From: Saprospiraceae bacterium
Lineage (GTDB): Bacteria > Bacteroidota > Bacteroidia > Chitinophagales > Saprospiraceae
Reading direction: 5' to 3'
DNA length: 64,000 bases
Assembly: GCA_965222975.1 (NCBI GenBank)
Contig: CBDCVJ010000053.1
Span: 2,269-66,268 of the forward strand
The notes under the pieces are model-generated. The model searched no databases, was not told the DNA's origin, and saw only the letters and a program-made list of their open reading frames with translations. Shown here piece after piece: positions 38,297 to 47,346 of this stretch. Both the position numbers and the translations under genes were made by a program. Positions within the stretch are counted from its first letter, which is position 1. Each line of letters begins with the position of its first letter.

Positions 38297-40324
38297 TCAC
38301 GGCTTCACCTTCAGCCATTGATCCAACCACCCTGCGAATTCCCGTTGCCAAAGAATACTATTCTGAGGCGAACTGACCCAATGCCCTTCCTCTGGAAAAT
38401 ACAAAAACTTGCTCGGAATGCCCCTTAGCTGCGCTGCCTGAAATGCCTGCATGCCCTCGCTTTCCGGTACCCGAAAATCTTTGCCACCGTGAATGACGAG
38501 CATGGGTGTGTCCCAGTTTTGCACATATTTATGAGGCGAGTCGAGCTTCCATGTTTCGGGCAAGTCTTTTTGCCAATAAGCACCTTCGAGGTCATGGTTG
38601 GCGAAGAACATTTCTTCCGTCGTACCATACCAGCTTTCGAGGTTGAACAAACCACAGTGGGAAATGAAAGATTTGAAACGCCCATTGTGGTTACCTGCCA
38701 GCCAATAAACAGAATAACCGCCAAAACTGGCACCCACAGCACCGAGGTTGTCCTCATCCACATAAGGCTCTTTTGCCATTTCGTCAATGGCAGAGAGCAA
38801 GTCTTGCATAGCTTGCCCCCCCCAATCACCAGCGATCTGGTCGTTCCATTCTTGCCCGAAAGAAGGCAGCCCCCGACGGTTCGGGGCGACAACGATGTAG
38901 CCATTGGACGCCATCATCTGGAAGTTCCAGCGGTAGCTCCAAAATTGACTGACCGTACTTTGCGGACCGCCTTGGCAATAAAGCAGGGTGGGGTATTTTT
39001 TGGTAGCATCAAAGCCGGGAGGATAAATGATCCAAGTGAGCATGTCCTTTCCGTCGGAGGTTTTGACCATCCGTTTTTCCACCTTGCCCATTTCGACATC
39101 CCGTAGTTCGTTTTTGTTGGTCATGGTCAGTGGCATGCTCCTTCCTTTGCCATTGTGCTGCAATGCAACCAACTCGTGTGGTTCTGACATGGAACAGCGA
39201 AAAGAGACGATATTGTTTTTCCCTACAATAAAACCGCCATAATTGTAGGTGCCGGAGCTTACTTGAATCGGCCCATTTCCCGAATCTGTATCCATGTAAA
39301 ACAGTTGATAAGTGGCATTCACCGGGCCGTCAAAATAGATGCGGTCGTTGCCAAACCACTGAGGGTCACTGGCATTTTGATCGAGACCTGCCGTCAGTTC
39401 TGTTTTCTTTTTTGTAATAAAATCATAAATAAATATGCGGTGGCGGTCACTTTCGTAGCCGTCTTCTTCTTGGCTTTCCCACGCGATGTAACGGCCATTT
39501 GGCGAAAAGGCAGGATTCATATCATAGCCATTCATTCCCTTAGTCAGGTTGGTGGTTTCCTTGGTCAAAAGATTGTAAAGATAAATTTCCGAGTTTGTAC
39601 TGATCGTGTATTCTTTTCCTCTGATTTTTTTGCAAGTATAGGCAATGGTATTACCATCAGGACTCCAGGCAATTTGTTCCATGCCACCGAAAGGTTTTAG
39701 TGGTGAGTCGTGAGGTTCTCCCATGATGTTGATAGGTTCGCTTTGCAGTTGGCCATTGGCATATTCGGCCACAAAGATGTTGCTGTAACGACCATCTTCC
39801 CATTCGTTCCAATGCCGGTACATAAGGCCGTCAATCACTTTGGCTTCCGCTTTTTTTAGGTCGGGGTGGCGGTCTTGGGTGGTTTTATCATATTTTACAT
39901 CAGCGATGTAGAGGATCTTGTTTTTGGTTGGGGAATATTTGAAGCCATTCATTGCAACATTGGAAATCTTTTGAACATCACTGCCGTCTGGGTTCATTTC
40001 CCATAAATTCCCTTTGTGCAAAAAACCGATTTTGCTTCCATCGGGCCGAAATTGGGCATCGCCTTCGCTGCCCTCCATGCTGGTCAATTGACGGGCCTTG
40101 CCGTTGTCCGAGCCATCGGTGCTGATCGCATAAAGATCACTACTGCCACTATTGGCTTCTATATCGTAATGACGGACACTGTAAACAACCGTTTTTCCAT
40201 CAGGCGAGACGTCATTCAGGCCGACCCTTCCGAGTTGCCAGAGCAGTTCAGGAGTCATTTTGTTTTGTGAAACAATGGCGTGGGCAATAAAGAATGAAAG
40301 TAAAAGGAAGGTGTATTTTTTCAT
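38297..40324 (-). CDS. S9-family serine peptidase (beta-propeller plus alpha/beta-hydrolase)
   Basis: Start moved to ATG 40324 (MKKYTFLLLSFF). Nucleophile GASFGGYSVYWLAG, with later HGGKDFRVP and EEGHWV. Confidence 0.85.
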   Translation of the reverse strand: MKKYTFLLLSFFIAHAIVSQNKMTPELLWQLGRVGLNDVSPDGKTVVYSVRHYDIEANSGSSDLYAISTDGSDNGKARQLTSMEGSEGDAQFRPDGSKIGFLHKGNLWEMNPDGSDVQKISNVAMNGFKYSPTKNKILYIADVKYDKTTQDRHPDLKKAEAKVIDGLMYRHWNEWEDGRYSNIFVAEYANGQLQSEPINIMGEPHDSPLKPFGGMEQIAWSPDGNTIAYTCKKIRGKEYTISTNSEIYLYNLLTKETTNLTKGMNGYDMNPAFSPNGRYIAWESQEEDGYESDRHRIFIYDFITKKKTELTAGLDQNASDPQWFGNDRIYFDGPVNATYQLFYMDTDSGNGPIQVSSGTYNYGGFIVGKNNIVSFRCSMSEPHELVALQHNGKGRSMPLTMTNKNELRDVEMGKVEKRMVKTSDGKDMLTWIIYPPGFDATKKYPTLLYCQGGPQSTVSQFWSYRWNFQMMASNGYIVVAPNRRGLPSFGQEWNDQIAGDWGGQAMQDLLSAIDEMAKEPYVDEDNLGAVGASFGGYSVYWLAGNHNGRFKSFISHCGLFNLESWYGTTEEMFFANHDLEGAYWQKDLPETWKLDSPHKYVQNWDTPMLVIHGGKDFRVPESEGMQAFQAAQLRGIPSKFLYFPEEGHWVSSPQNSILWQREFAGWLDQWLKVKP

Positions 40325-40460
40325 GGTCGAGTTTTTATTTTTTTGAAAAAGTGCGGGAGCGAAATTAAGTAAAATAGAGACAAACAATCAATCAATGCTT
40401 TTGAGGGTTTCCCTTGTGAACTTGAATGAAAAAATTACTTTTGCGGCAAAATTTTAATCA

Positions 40461-41063
40461 ATGAAATATCCAATTTTTCTCTCCTTTTTCTTTTTAATAT
40501 TAGGATGCCAAAACACCCCTACAGATCAAGAGGATGCTAAACCCCCAACTACAGCTGAAACAGCAGCTCCTGTTCCCCAATCAAAGAGTCCGGTTCCCTA
40601 CTCGACCGATAGCCCAGAAATGTTGCGTAATCTTCTCCGCACCACACTGCGGACTGAATTGTCGCTTACCCTACCAGTGCAAAATGGCGAAATTGAATCA
40701 AAGAAATCCTATTCTTTTGATGTGGAAGAAAATAATGGCAGGCCGACTTGGGTCATTAAGGAAAAGTGGCATAATGCTGCAACGGGCAAGCTCTATGCTG
40801 GAGCAGAGTACCTGCTTCTTTGGAAAGTAGTGGACAAAAACTCCATTGAGATTGTCAACTCCGCTGATGGAAAACAAACTGCTTTACAAATCCGACCCAA
40901 AGAAGAAGATACTTTTCTTTACCATCCTTATTCCAATGATCCGGACGTGGCGGTCAAAGGTGCTATTATCGGATGGTTTGATCGTACACAGGATGCTACT
41001 TTGCTTAGAGCTTACACCTATATGGTGCAGTTAGCGGAGAATATGGATAAGTGGGGGAAATAA
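40461..41063 (+). CDS. Hypothetical lipoprotein
   Basis: Lipobox FLILGCQN. 200 aa. No family recognised. Confidence 0.5.
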   Translation: MKYPIFLSFFFLILGCQNTPTDQEDAKPPTTAETAAPVPQSKSPVPYSTDSPEMLRNLLRTTLRTELSLTLPVQNGEIESKKSYSFDVEENNGRPTWVIKEKWHNAATGKLYAGAEYLLLWKVVDKNSIEIVNSADGKQTALQIRPKEEDTFLYHPYSNDPDVAVKGAIIGWFDRTQDATLLRAYTYMVQLAENMDKWGK

Positions 41064-41539
41064 TGGTGAATGGTAAGAGGTGAACGGTGAATTCTTATTA
41101 CTCACCATTCACCTATCACCATTAATTAATGACCAATCTGCCTCGGCCGACTACTCCTTAGTTCACGTTAACATACTGAATAAGTGGGTGTTGCGCATCT
41201 TCTAACTCAGTCATTATTAAATGTTCGCCAATTATATGGATAGTTTATTAGTAATGACCGAGGCATTGAAATAGAAGTAAATGGCAGCTTCACTTTCAAT
41301 AACATCGCCATGTTGATTATTAGCAGACTGGGCGATGCGGAACCTCACAAAACCAGGTGAGAAATGATCGAAAACAACTTATATATTAAAGAAAAACGAA
41401 TAGTAAGCATTGCCGTGTTTTATATTTATATATTTTATTAAATTGAAATTATAATCGTTATTTTTGTCACATCGCTGCATTTATTGTTTTTATGCAGCCG
41501 AAGATCAACCTATTGTATTACCCACTGAACAACACTATA

Positions 41540-43666
41540 ATGCTCAAAATTACCGATTTTATTCTTCTGTTTTTTCCTTTGTTTTTGATTGGTCAAAACA
41601 GTCAAAATGCTTCCGAATATTTTAAGCCATCTCATCATGAATTAAGGTTAATGGGCAACAATGTCAATTCTGATGGCCCTGACCTTGCCCCTTTCCGATA
41701 TGCAGCCAAACTTTTTTATTCAACATTGGAGCGTAATGAAGAAACGGGTGGAAGTATGTCGAGGATATACACCTTACTAGATGGTGGGCAGGTTCGGCCA
41801 TCTGAGATAAACCCTACTGATAAAAAAAACAACATCGCACACACGTGTCTGACCAAATCTGGATCACGGGCCTATTTTACCTTGTACAGCTACGATGAAA
41901 ATGAAAAAATAGATAGAAGTCAGATATGCTTTAGGGATAGGGAGTACGATGGAAGATGGGGCCCGATCCAGCGGCTGCCAAAATTTGGCTCGAAAAAAAT
42001 GTTGGCATCACAACCTGCAATCGGCATATTTCGTCAGTCGAGGGCAGAGGTTTTGTTTTTTGTGGCTGACAGGCCAGGGGGCAAAGGGAAATTGGATATC
42101 TGGGCTTGCTATGTGGAGCGGGACGGTTCGTTCTCAAATCCTTTTAACCTTCCCATCAATACGCCTGAAGATGACATGTGTCCCTTTTTTGACGTTGTAT
42201 CCCAAACACTTTTTTTCAGTTCGAAAGGACATAGCTCGCTCGGCGGTTTTGATGTTTTCCGTACCCAACTTACGAGGGAAGAAAAATGGGCGGAGCCTGA
42301 GAATATAGGGCGACCTATCAACTCTTACCATGATGACCTATTTTTTACTTTTTACGATAATGGTAAATATTGCTATTTTTCTACTGATAGGCCAAACCAT
42401 ACTTGCCCGAAAAATGAGCCCGCTTGCCGAGATTTTGATATTTACCAAATTGGCCTCAAAGCCACTGTTCAGGTTTTCCTGTTTGATGAATATGATTACG
42501 CTCATCTCGATGGTTGTAATCTTGAATTGAAGGATGTAGAATCGGGTAAGATTTTGACAACCTATATCAACCTCGAGAACAATTATGCTTCCGTTGGCCT
42601 TGAACCTGGAAAAGAATATCAGATTATCATCAGCAAGCTTGGGTATCATCCTGTTTTTAAGAATATCCGGGCGGATGAAAGGGATTTTTTCAAGCCAGGT
42701 TTTTTGGAAATTCACCTCCGCCCGATGGGGCCTCAAGCTATGAAGGTGACCCATAAACCTGTCCTAACTAATGATAAAATTGATGGGCAGACTTATGCAA
42801 AAACAATGAATGTCCTTCCCAAGCAGTCAAAAACCGTTGTCGAAGAATCTATAGATACAACAATCATTGCGTATTCGGAATTAATAAAAGATGAGGCGAT
42901 GACCAGTTCCAGTAGCGAACATTCATTAGATAAGGAAAAGAAGTCAAGCTTAGAAAAACCTTCACAAAAATTGCGAAAGGGTGAATCCATTTCTGAGCCT
43001 AAAATTGACAAGGTGAAGGGGAATGAAATTGTTGCATCAAAAGAATCGGATAAGATTTCCAATGCAAAATCATCACAAGAACTTACCCCACCTGAACTTG
43101 CAAAGAATAAAACCCTTCCAATTGTTGAACAAAAAACCGAATACGAAAGACAACCAGCGGTAATCGAGGTTGAGAACAATGAAGTTAGACAGAACTATAC
43201 ATCTCGAAAAGAGAGTGAGGTAGCTAAGGAGTTGCGCTCAAATAACATCTATATTGAAGATGTAAAAAATCATTTCCTGTCCATTGGCAGGGCCGATTTT
43301 CTTCTAATGACCAACATGCCCAAAATATCTTTGGGTAAAGACGAAGATCCTGTTGACCTGCTTTTTTCACATAAAGATCTCCAGTGTTTGGTAGTGTTTG
43401 ATTTCAAAAATAAAGATTTCCAACCAAATAGCATGGAAACCATGAGTCGTTACCTCAAGTCCATTGATGGATTGTTGAAAGAAGACCAGCGAGCACCAAT
43501 AGGCATTTCATTTTTCAGAGGAAAAGAAAGCAAGTTTGTGGTGTACTCATTTTGGGATAGTAATGCTATCACTGAGGAATCCTCTTTTGTCCATACTTTC
43601 CTTTTTCCTGAACATTATCAAGGTATCTTACCAAATCCTGCGGCATTGATTAAGTTGCTTGAATAG
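41540..43666 (+). CDS. Exported PD40/TolB-like beta-propeller protein with CarboxypepD_reg-like domain, charged linker and C-terminal YhcG-like PD-(D/E)XK domain
   Basis: Start moved to ATG 41540 (signal MLKITDFILLFFPLFLIG). PD40-type repeats (GGKGKLDIWAC, LGGFDVFRT, WAEPENIGRPINS). The C-terminal VDLLFSHKDLQCLVVFDFKNKDFQPNSMETMSRYLKSIDGLLKEDQRAPIGISF...KFVVYSFWD aligns by eye to the DUF1016/YhcG core (iDLLFYH..L.C.VV.ELK..KF.P...G...FYL.a.D.LL...d.P.IGl). Confidence 0.65.
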   Translation: MLKITDFILLFFPLFLIGQNSQNASEYFKPSHHELRLMGNNVNSDGPDLAPFRYAAKLFYSTLERNEETGGSMSRIYTLLDGGQVRPSEINPTDKKNNIAHTCLTKSGSRAYFTLYSYDENEKIDRSQICFRDREYDGRWGPIQRLPKFGSKKMLASQPAIGIFRQSRAEVLFFVADRPGGKGKLDIWACYVERDGSFSNPFNLPINTPEDDMCPFFDVVSQTLFFSSKGHSSLGGFDVFRTQLTREEKWAEPENIGRPINSYHDDLFFTFYDNGKYCYFSTDRPNHTCPKNEPACRDFDIYQIGLKATVQVFLFDEYDYAHLDGCNLELKDVESGKILTTYINLENNYASVGLEPGKEYQIIISKLGYHPVFKNIRADERDFFKPGFLEIHLRPMGPQAMKVTHKPVLTNDKIDGQTYAKTMNVLPKQSKTVVEESIDTTIIAYSELIKDEAMTSSSSEHSLDKEKKSSLEKPSQKLRKGESISEPKIDKVKGNEIVASKESDKISNAKSSQELTPPELAKNKTLPIVEQKTEYERQPAVIEVENNEVRQNYTSRKESEVAKELRSNNIYIEDVKNHFLSIGRADFLLMTNMPKISLGKDEDPVDLLFSHKDLQCLVVFDFKNKDFQPNSMETMSRYLKSIDGLLKEDQRAPIGISFFRGKESKFVVYSFWDSNAITEESSFVHTFLFPEHYQGILPNPAALIKLLE

Positions 43667-43858
43667 GATAATTTTATACTACTGGACATAAGAGATTAGA
43701 CATTGGACTTCAGAATTAAAACATCATTTAATGCTGATAAACAACTGTTTAAAAATAATTTTTTATATAATGTATATCGTTTAAAACCTTATTTCAGGCA
43801 GTATTAGGTAATTTTTATTTGGAAAATATATTTGTGTATCAATATCTTCCTTCAGGTT

Positions 43859-43895
43859 AAAAAATAAAAAGTCTATCCAGATGAATTGGATAGGC
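43859..43895 (-). terminator. Rho-independent terminator after the insertion-bearing tRNA-Ser copy
   Basis: Minus strand reads CTATCCA-ATTCATC-TGGATAG followed by ACTTTTTATTTTTT. Confidence 0.6.
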
Positions 43896-43908
43896 TTTAA
43901 AGATATGT

Positions 43909-44036
43909 GGAGAGGGAGGGATTCCTCCACGGGAGTTCCTTTGGAAGAACCCCCGGTACCTCGCGGTACGCCGGTTTTTCCCAAAGGGACTCCCGTGGAG
44001 CAAGACCGGTGCAATAAACCAGGCTCTGCCACCTCT
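43909..44036 (-). ncRNA. tRNA-Ser(UGA)-derived RNA gene / pseudo-tRNA with two 22-nt insertions
   Basis: Base-for-base identical to positions 3-86 of the tRNA at 44353-44439, except for 22-nt insertions at + strand 43979-44000 (between G35 and A36) and 43925-43946 (between C56 and G57). The two insertions are reverse complements at 20/22 positions. Confidence 0.7.
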
Positions 44037-44045
44037 GGCATGGGA

Positions 44046-44288
44046 TCAGATGATCCTATTGTTTTTTAAGAAACGGTATCCTTCAATGGTTTTGAAAAAC
44101 CGCTCTCTTTTGAGAGCGTCCCTTTTAGTTTCAAACTCCTCGAAATAGTGGACAGACCACTGCTTTCCCGGTTTTGTGGAAGGAACCTTACCGGAGTTGT
44201 GGTATTTGAGCCGTTTTTCTAAATCCGAGGTAGCGCCATAATAGTGCTTTCCTGTTTTTTGGCTTTTTAAGATATAGGTAAAATACAT
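44046..44288 (-). CDS. Small GIY-YIG nuclease-domain protein (COG2827/YhbQ-like)
   Basis: 80 aa: FTYILKS...GKHYYGATSDLEKRLKYHN...FETKRDALKRERFFK, carrying the GIY, YIG, Arg and Glu positions of the fold. Confidence 0.8.
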   Translation of the reverse strand: MYFTYILKSQKTGKHYYGATSDLEKRLKYHNSGKVPSTKPGKQWSVHYFEEFETKRDALKRERFFKTIEGYRFLKNNRII

Positions 44289-44304
44289 GGTAGAATGTTT
44301 TGGA

Positions 44305-44340
44305 AAATAAAAAAGCCCATCCGAAACATTTCGAATGAGC
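44305..44340 (-). terminator. Rho-independent terminator after tRNA-Ser
   Basis: Minus strand reads GCTCATTCG...CGGATGGGC (two G-U pairs that only work on this strand) followed by TTTTTTATTTT. Confidence 0.65.
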
Positions 44341-44352
44341 TTTGCTGAAGAG

Positions 44353-44439
44353 CGGAGAGGGAGGGATTCGAACCCCCGGTACCTCGCGGTACGCCGGTTT
44401 TCAAGACCGGTGCAATAAACCAGGCTCTGCCACCTCTCC
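44353..44439 (-). tRNA. tRNA-Ser (anticodon UGA), class II with long variable arm
   Basis: GGAGAGG acceptor stem pairs with CCUCUCC. Anticodon arm CCGGU-CUUGAAA-ACCGG, variable arm GUACC-GCGA-GGUAC, T arm GGGGG-UUCGAAU-CCCUC, discriminator G. No encoded CCA. Confidence 0.95.
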
Positions 44440-44578
44440 GGTTAATTAACCACATATGTCATCGTGGCAAGATTGTAAAAAGTAAAAACGCTTCGACTTT
44501 TCAAAAGCGGGTGCAAATGTAAATTCCTATTTCAAAATAACAAAACTGTTATCTCGAAGAAATGATTCATTTTGTGAT

Positions 44579-44610
44579 AAAAAAATGCCCACTTCAAGTG
44601 GGCATTTTTT
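44579..44610. terminator. Bidirectional Rho-independent terminator downstream of ugd
   Basis: AAAAAAATGCCCACT-TCA-AGTGGGCATTTTTT. Confidence 0.8.
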
Positions 44611-44635
44611 AATTACATTTTTAAAAACGGATTCT

Positions 44636-45952
44636 TTAGGCTTCCACCTTGTTACGACCAATACTTTCGTACTGAAAGCCAAGGCCAGCCATGGTGTCAA
44701 CGTCATATAAGTTGCGACCATCGAAGATGACTGGGTTTTTCAACAACTCCTTCATGACGTCAAAACTGGGCGTACGGAAAACACTCCATTCCGTAACGAT
44801 GGCCAGTGCATCTGCACCTATCAGTGCTTCATACTGATCCTGTGCCATGCTGACCTGTCCATTGTACTGGGCACGTACATTGGCCATTGCCTCTGGGTCA
44901 TAAGCTTTGACTTTTGCACCTGCTTCGATGAGGTCGTTTATCAGATAAAGTGCTGGAGCTTCCCTGATGTCGTCCGTGTTAGGCTTGAAAGCCAATCCCC
45001 AAAGGGCTATGGTTTTGCCTTTCAGGTTTTTCCCAAAATGGGCTTTGATCTTTTCGGTCAAACGGTGCTTCTGAATCTGGTTGACATTCATGACTGATTT
45101 CAAAATTTTGAAATCATATTCGTAGTCAGCAGCTGTTTTGGCGAGCGCCTGAACATCCTTAGGGAAACAAGAGCCTCCATAGCCAACACCAGGGAACAAA
45201 AAGCGTTTTCCGATTCGACTATCACTGCCCATACCTGCACGTACATGATCTACGTTTGCGCCGACTTTTTCACATAAATTAGCGATCTCGTTCATAAATG
45301 AGATACGGGCAGCGAGGTATGAATTGGCAGCATACTTGGTCATTTCTGCGGAACGTTCGTCCATGAAGTAAATTGGGTTTCCTTGGCGGACGAATGGTTC
45401 GTACAATTTTTTCATCGCCTTTCTGGCCTTTTCCGAAGTGGTGCCAATAACGACCCGGTCAGGTTTCAGAAAATCTTCAACTGCGACACCTTCCCGAAGG
45501 AATTCTGGGTTGGATACGACGTCGAAAAGATCTTCACTGAGGTTTTTGGCCAAAATGGCGTGGACTTTCTCTGCTGTGCCAACGGGCACGGTACTTTTAT
45601 CAACGATCACTTTGTAATCTTTGATAATTTTCGAGAGGTCATCAGCTACCCCCAAAATGTATTTCAAGTCAGCTGACCCATCCTCGTCGGGAGGGGTGGG
45701 CAGTGCCAAGAAAATGATTTCAGCCTTTTCAATGGCTTTTTTCAGGTCGGTGGTAAATTCCAGGCGCCCCTGCCTTTTATTGCGCTCGAAAAGGATTTCA
45801 AGGCCAGGCTCATAAATAGGGACCTCCCCCTGTTGCATCCGGCGGACTTTGTTTTCGTCAATGTCAACGCATATAACATGGTTTCCGGTTTCGGCAAAAC
45901 ATGTTCCCGAGACAAGACCGACGTAACCTGTTCCTACTACGGCAATTTTCAT
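44636..45952 (-). CDS. ugd: UDP-glucose 6-dehydrogenase
   Basis: MKIAVVGTGYVGLVSGTCFA, catalytic GGSCFPKDVQAL, 438 aa. Confidence 0.9.
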   Translation of the reverse strand: MKIAVVGTGYVGLVSGTCFAETGNHVICVDIDENKVRRMQQGEVPIYEPGLEILFERNKRQGRLEFTTDLKKAIEKAEIIFLALPTPPDEDGSADLKYILGVADDLSKIIKDYKVIVDKSTVPVGTAEKVHAILAKNLSEDLFDVVSNPEFLREGVAVEDFLKPDRVVIGTTSEKARKAMKKLYEPFVRQGNPIYFMDERSAEMTKYAANSYLAARISFMNEIANLCEKVGANVDHVRAGMGSDSRIGKRFLFPGVGYGGSCFPKDVQALAKTAADYEYDFKILKSVMNVNQIQKHRLTEKIKAHFGKNLKGKTIALWGLAFKPNTDDIREAPALYLINDLIEAGAKVKAYDPEAMANVRAQYNGQVSMAQDQYEALIGADALAIVTEWSVFRTPSFDVMKELLKNPVIFDGRNLYDVDTMAGLGFQYESIGRNKVEA

Positions 45953-45993
45953 GGTAATTATAGTTTTACTTTAAATGATTAAAAAAGCAGGCG

Positions 45994-46001
45994 CAAAGTT
46001 A
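45994..46001 (-). promoter_or_regulatory. Candidate -7 promoter box (TAacTTTG on minus strand) for ugd
   Basis: Plus strand CAAAGTTA, 42 nt upstream of start 45952. Matches TAnnTTTG. Confidence 0.35.
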
Positions 46002-46190
46002 TGGGTTGAGCCATACTATTTTAATTGGTTATTGAATTAATGCACATTTTAGTCCATTCAGGTGATTGATTATTGATGTCTGATCAAGAGTAATTTGTCA
46101 AAAGATGTGAGGATACCGGTGCGAGGGACTATACATGAGTTGTATAGGAATATTTAGTATTTGCGATTGGAGGAATGTAAGCTGGATTAA

Positions 46191-46198
46191 TAACTTTG
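46191..46198 (+). promoter_or_regulatory. Candidate -7 promoter box (TAacTTTG) for 46216-47217
   Basis: Matches TAnnTTTG, 18 nt upstream of the ATG. TTG triplets lie about 20-30 nt further upstream. Confidence 0.4.
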
Positions 46199-46215
46199 GG
46201 CAAAGTTAAAATTTA

Positions 46216-47217
46216 ATGAAGAATATCCTAATATTTATCAATGTACTTTTTGTGTTACAATCCTGTGCCTACAAACCCAGCAACTTCAACTCAACTTCCG
46301 TGCCGCCTGCCCCTGATTATTCTTCCTCAAACAGTTGGGCTGCATTGCCCCAGATGAAGGATATGGCAGACAGAGTCCCAAATGAAAATTATAAAGATCA
46401 CCAGAACGATGCCCAAGTGGATGTGTTTTTCCTTCATCCAACAACTTATTCGGGCAAACGCAGCGGGTGGAACGCCTCCATTGAGGACGCAAAATTAAAC
46501 GAAAAAACGGATCAAACAACTATTTTATATCAGGCAAGTATTTTCAATGGTTCAGGGAAGGTCTATGCACCAAGATACCGTCAGGTTTCTTTGGACCGTT
46601 TTTATTCCGGTGATAAGGTGTCTATTGAAACTGCACTTGAAATTGCCTATCTGGATTTGAAAAAGGCTTTCCAATATTATCTGGATCATTACAATAATAA
46701 AAGGCCGATCATTATTGCTGCACATAGTCAAGGGGCCTTCCATGCGAAAAAGTTACTTCGGGATTTTTTTGACGGGAAAAGCTTACAGCGAAAACTAGTA
46801 GTGGCCTATGTGGTAGGATGGCCTATTTTGGAAAACGATTTTAAAACGATCCCAGCTTGTGAGTCGTCCTATCAAACGGGCTGTATCTGCTCTTGGCGCA
46901 CATCTAAATATGGGCATGTACCGCCAAGATATTTGACCGGGGATAGTATAATTGTTACCAATCCTTTGAGCTGGAAAACGGACGAAGAATTTGTTTCTAA
47001 GGAAAACAATAAAGGAGCGGTACTCAAAAATTTTAACAAGGTTCTTCCACAAGTAGTTGGTGCACAAATCAAAAACGGTCTGCTATGGGCAAACAAACCA
47101 AAATTTCCGGGCAGTTTTTTGTTCAATAGAAAAAACTATCATATCGTTGACTTCAATTTTTTTTATATGGATGTTAGGGAAAATGCGCAGCGAAGAGTCG
47201 GTGCATTTTGGAAGTGA
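46216..47217 (+). CDS. Lipoprotein, alpha/beta-hydrolase-like (DUF3089-type)
   Basis: Lipobox VLQSCAY and nucleophile-elbow-like AAHSQGA. Family name from memory, tentative. Confidence 0.55.
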   Translation: MKNILIFINVLFVLQSCAYKPSNFNSTSVPPAPDYSSSNSWAALPQMKDMADRVPNENYKDHQNDAQVDVFFLHPTTYSGKRSGWNASIEDAKLNEKTDQTTILYQASIFNGSGKVYAPRYRQVSLDRFYSGDKVSIETALEIAYLDLKKAFQYYLDHYNNKRPIIIAAHSQGAFHAKKLLRDFFDGKSLQRKLVVAYVVGWPILENDFKTIPACESSYQTGCICSWRTSKYGHVPPRYLTGDSIIVTNPLSWKTDEEFVSKENNKGAVLKNFNKVLPQVVGAQIKNGLLWANKPKFPGSFLFNRKNYHIVDFNFFYMDVRENAQRRVGAFWK

Positions 47218-47346
47218 AAAGCCTTCAAGGGTTTCCAAAACAGAAAAAAAACCCCGGACACAAATGCGTCCGAGGTATGATTTTTTGAACAAAAGTTAAA
47301 AGTTAACCCAATTGATGTTTCTTTCAACTTAATGTTAAAACACATT

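Noticed and set aside
43925-44000. The two 22-nt insertions as tRNA introns (group I or archaeal bulge-helix-bulge type)
   Set aside because: They are far too short for a group I intron. They are not at the canonical 37/38 site: one splits anticodon positions 35/36 and the other splits the T loop. I could not draw a bulge-helix-bulge motif, and this part of the window is bacterial.
43781-44069. ORFs 43781-44041 (-) and 43881-44069 (+) in the track
   Set aside because: They run straight through the tRNA-derived sequence and its terminator, and their translations are low-complexity reflections of tRNA stems. Not coding.
44267-44455. ORF 44267-44455 (-)
   Set aside because: It overlaps the bona fide tRNA-Ser and its terminator. 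This is a shadow ORF.
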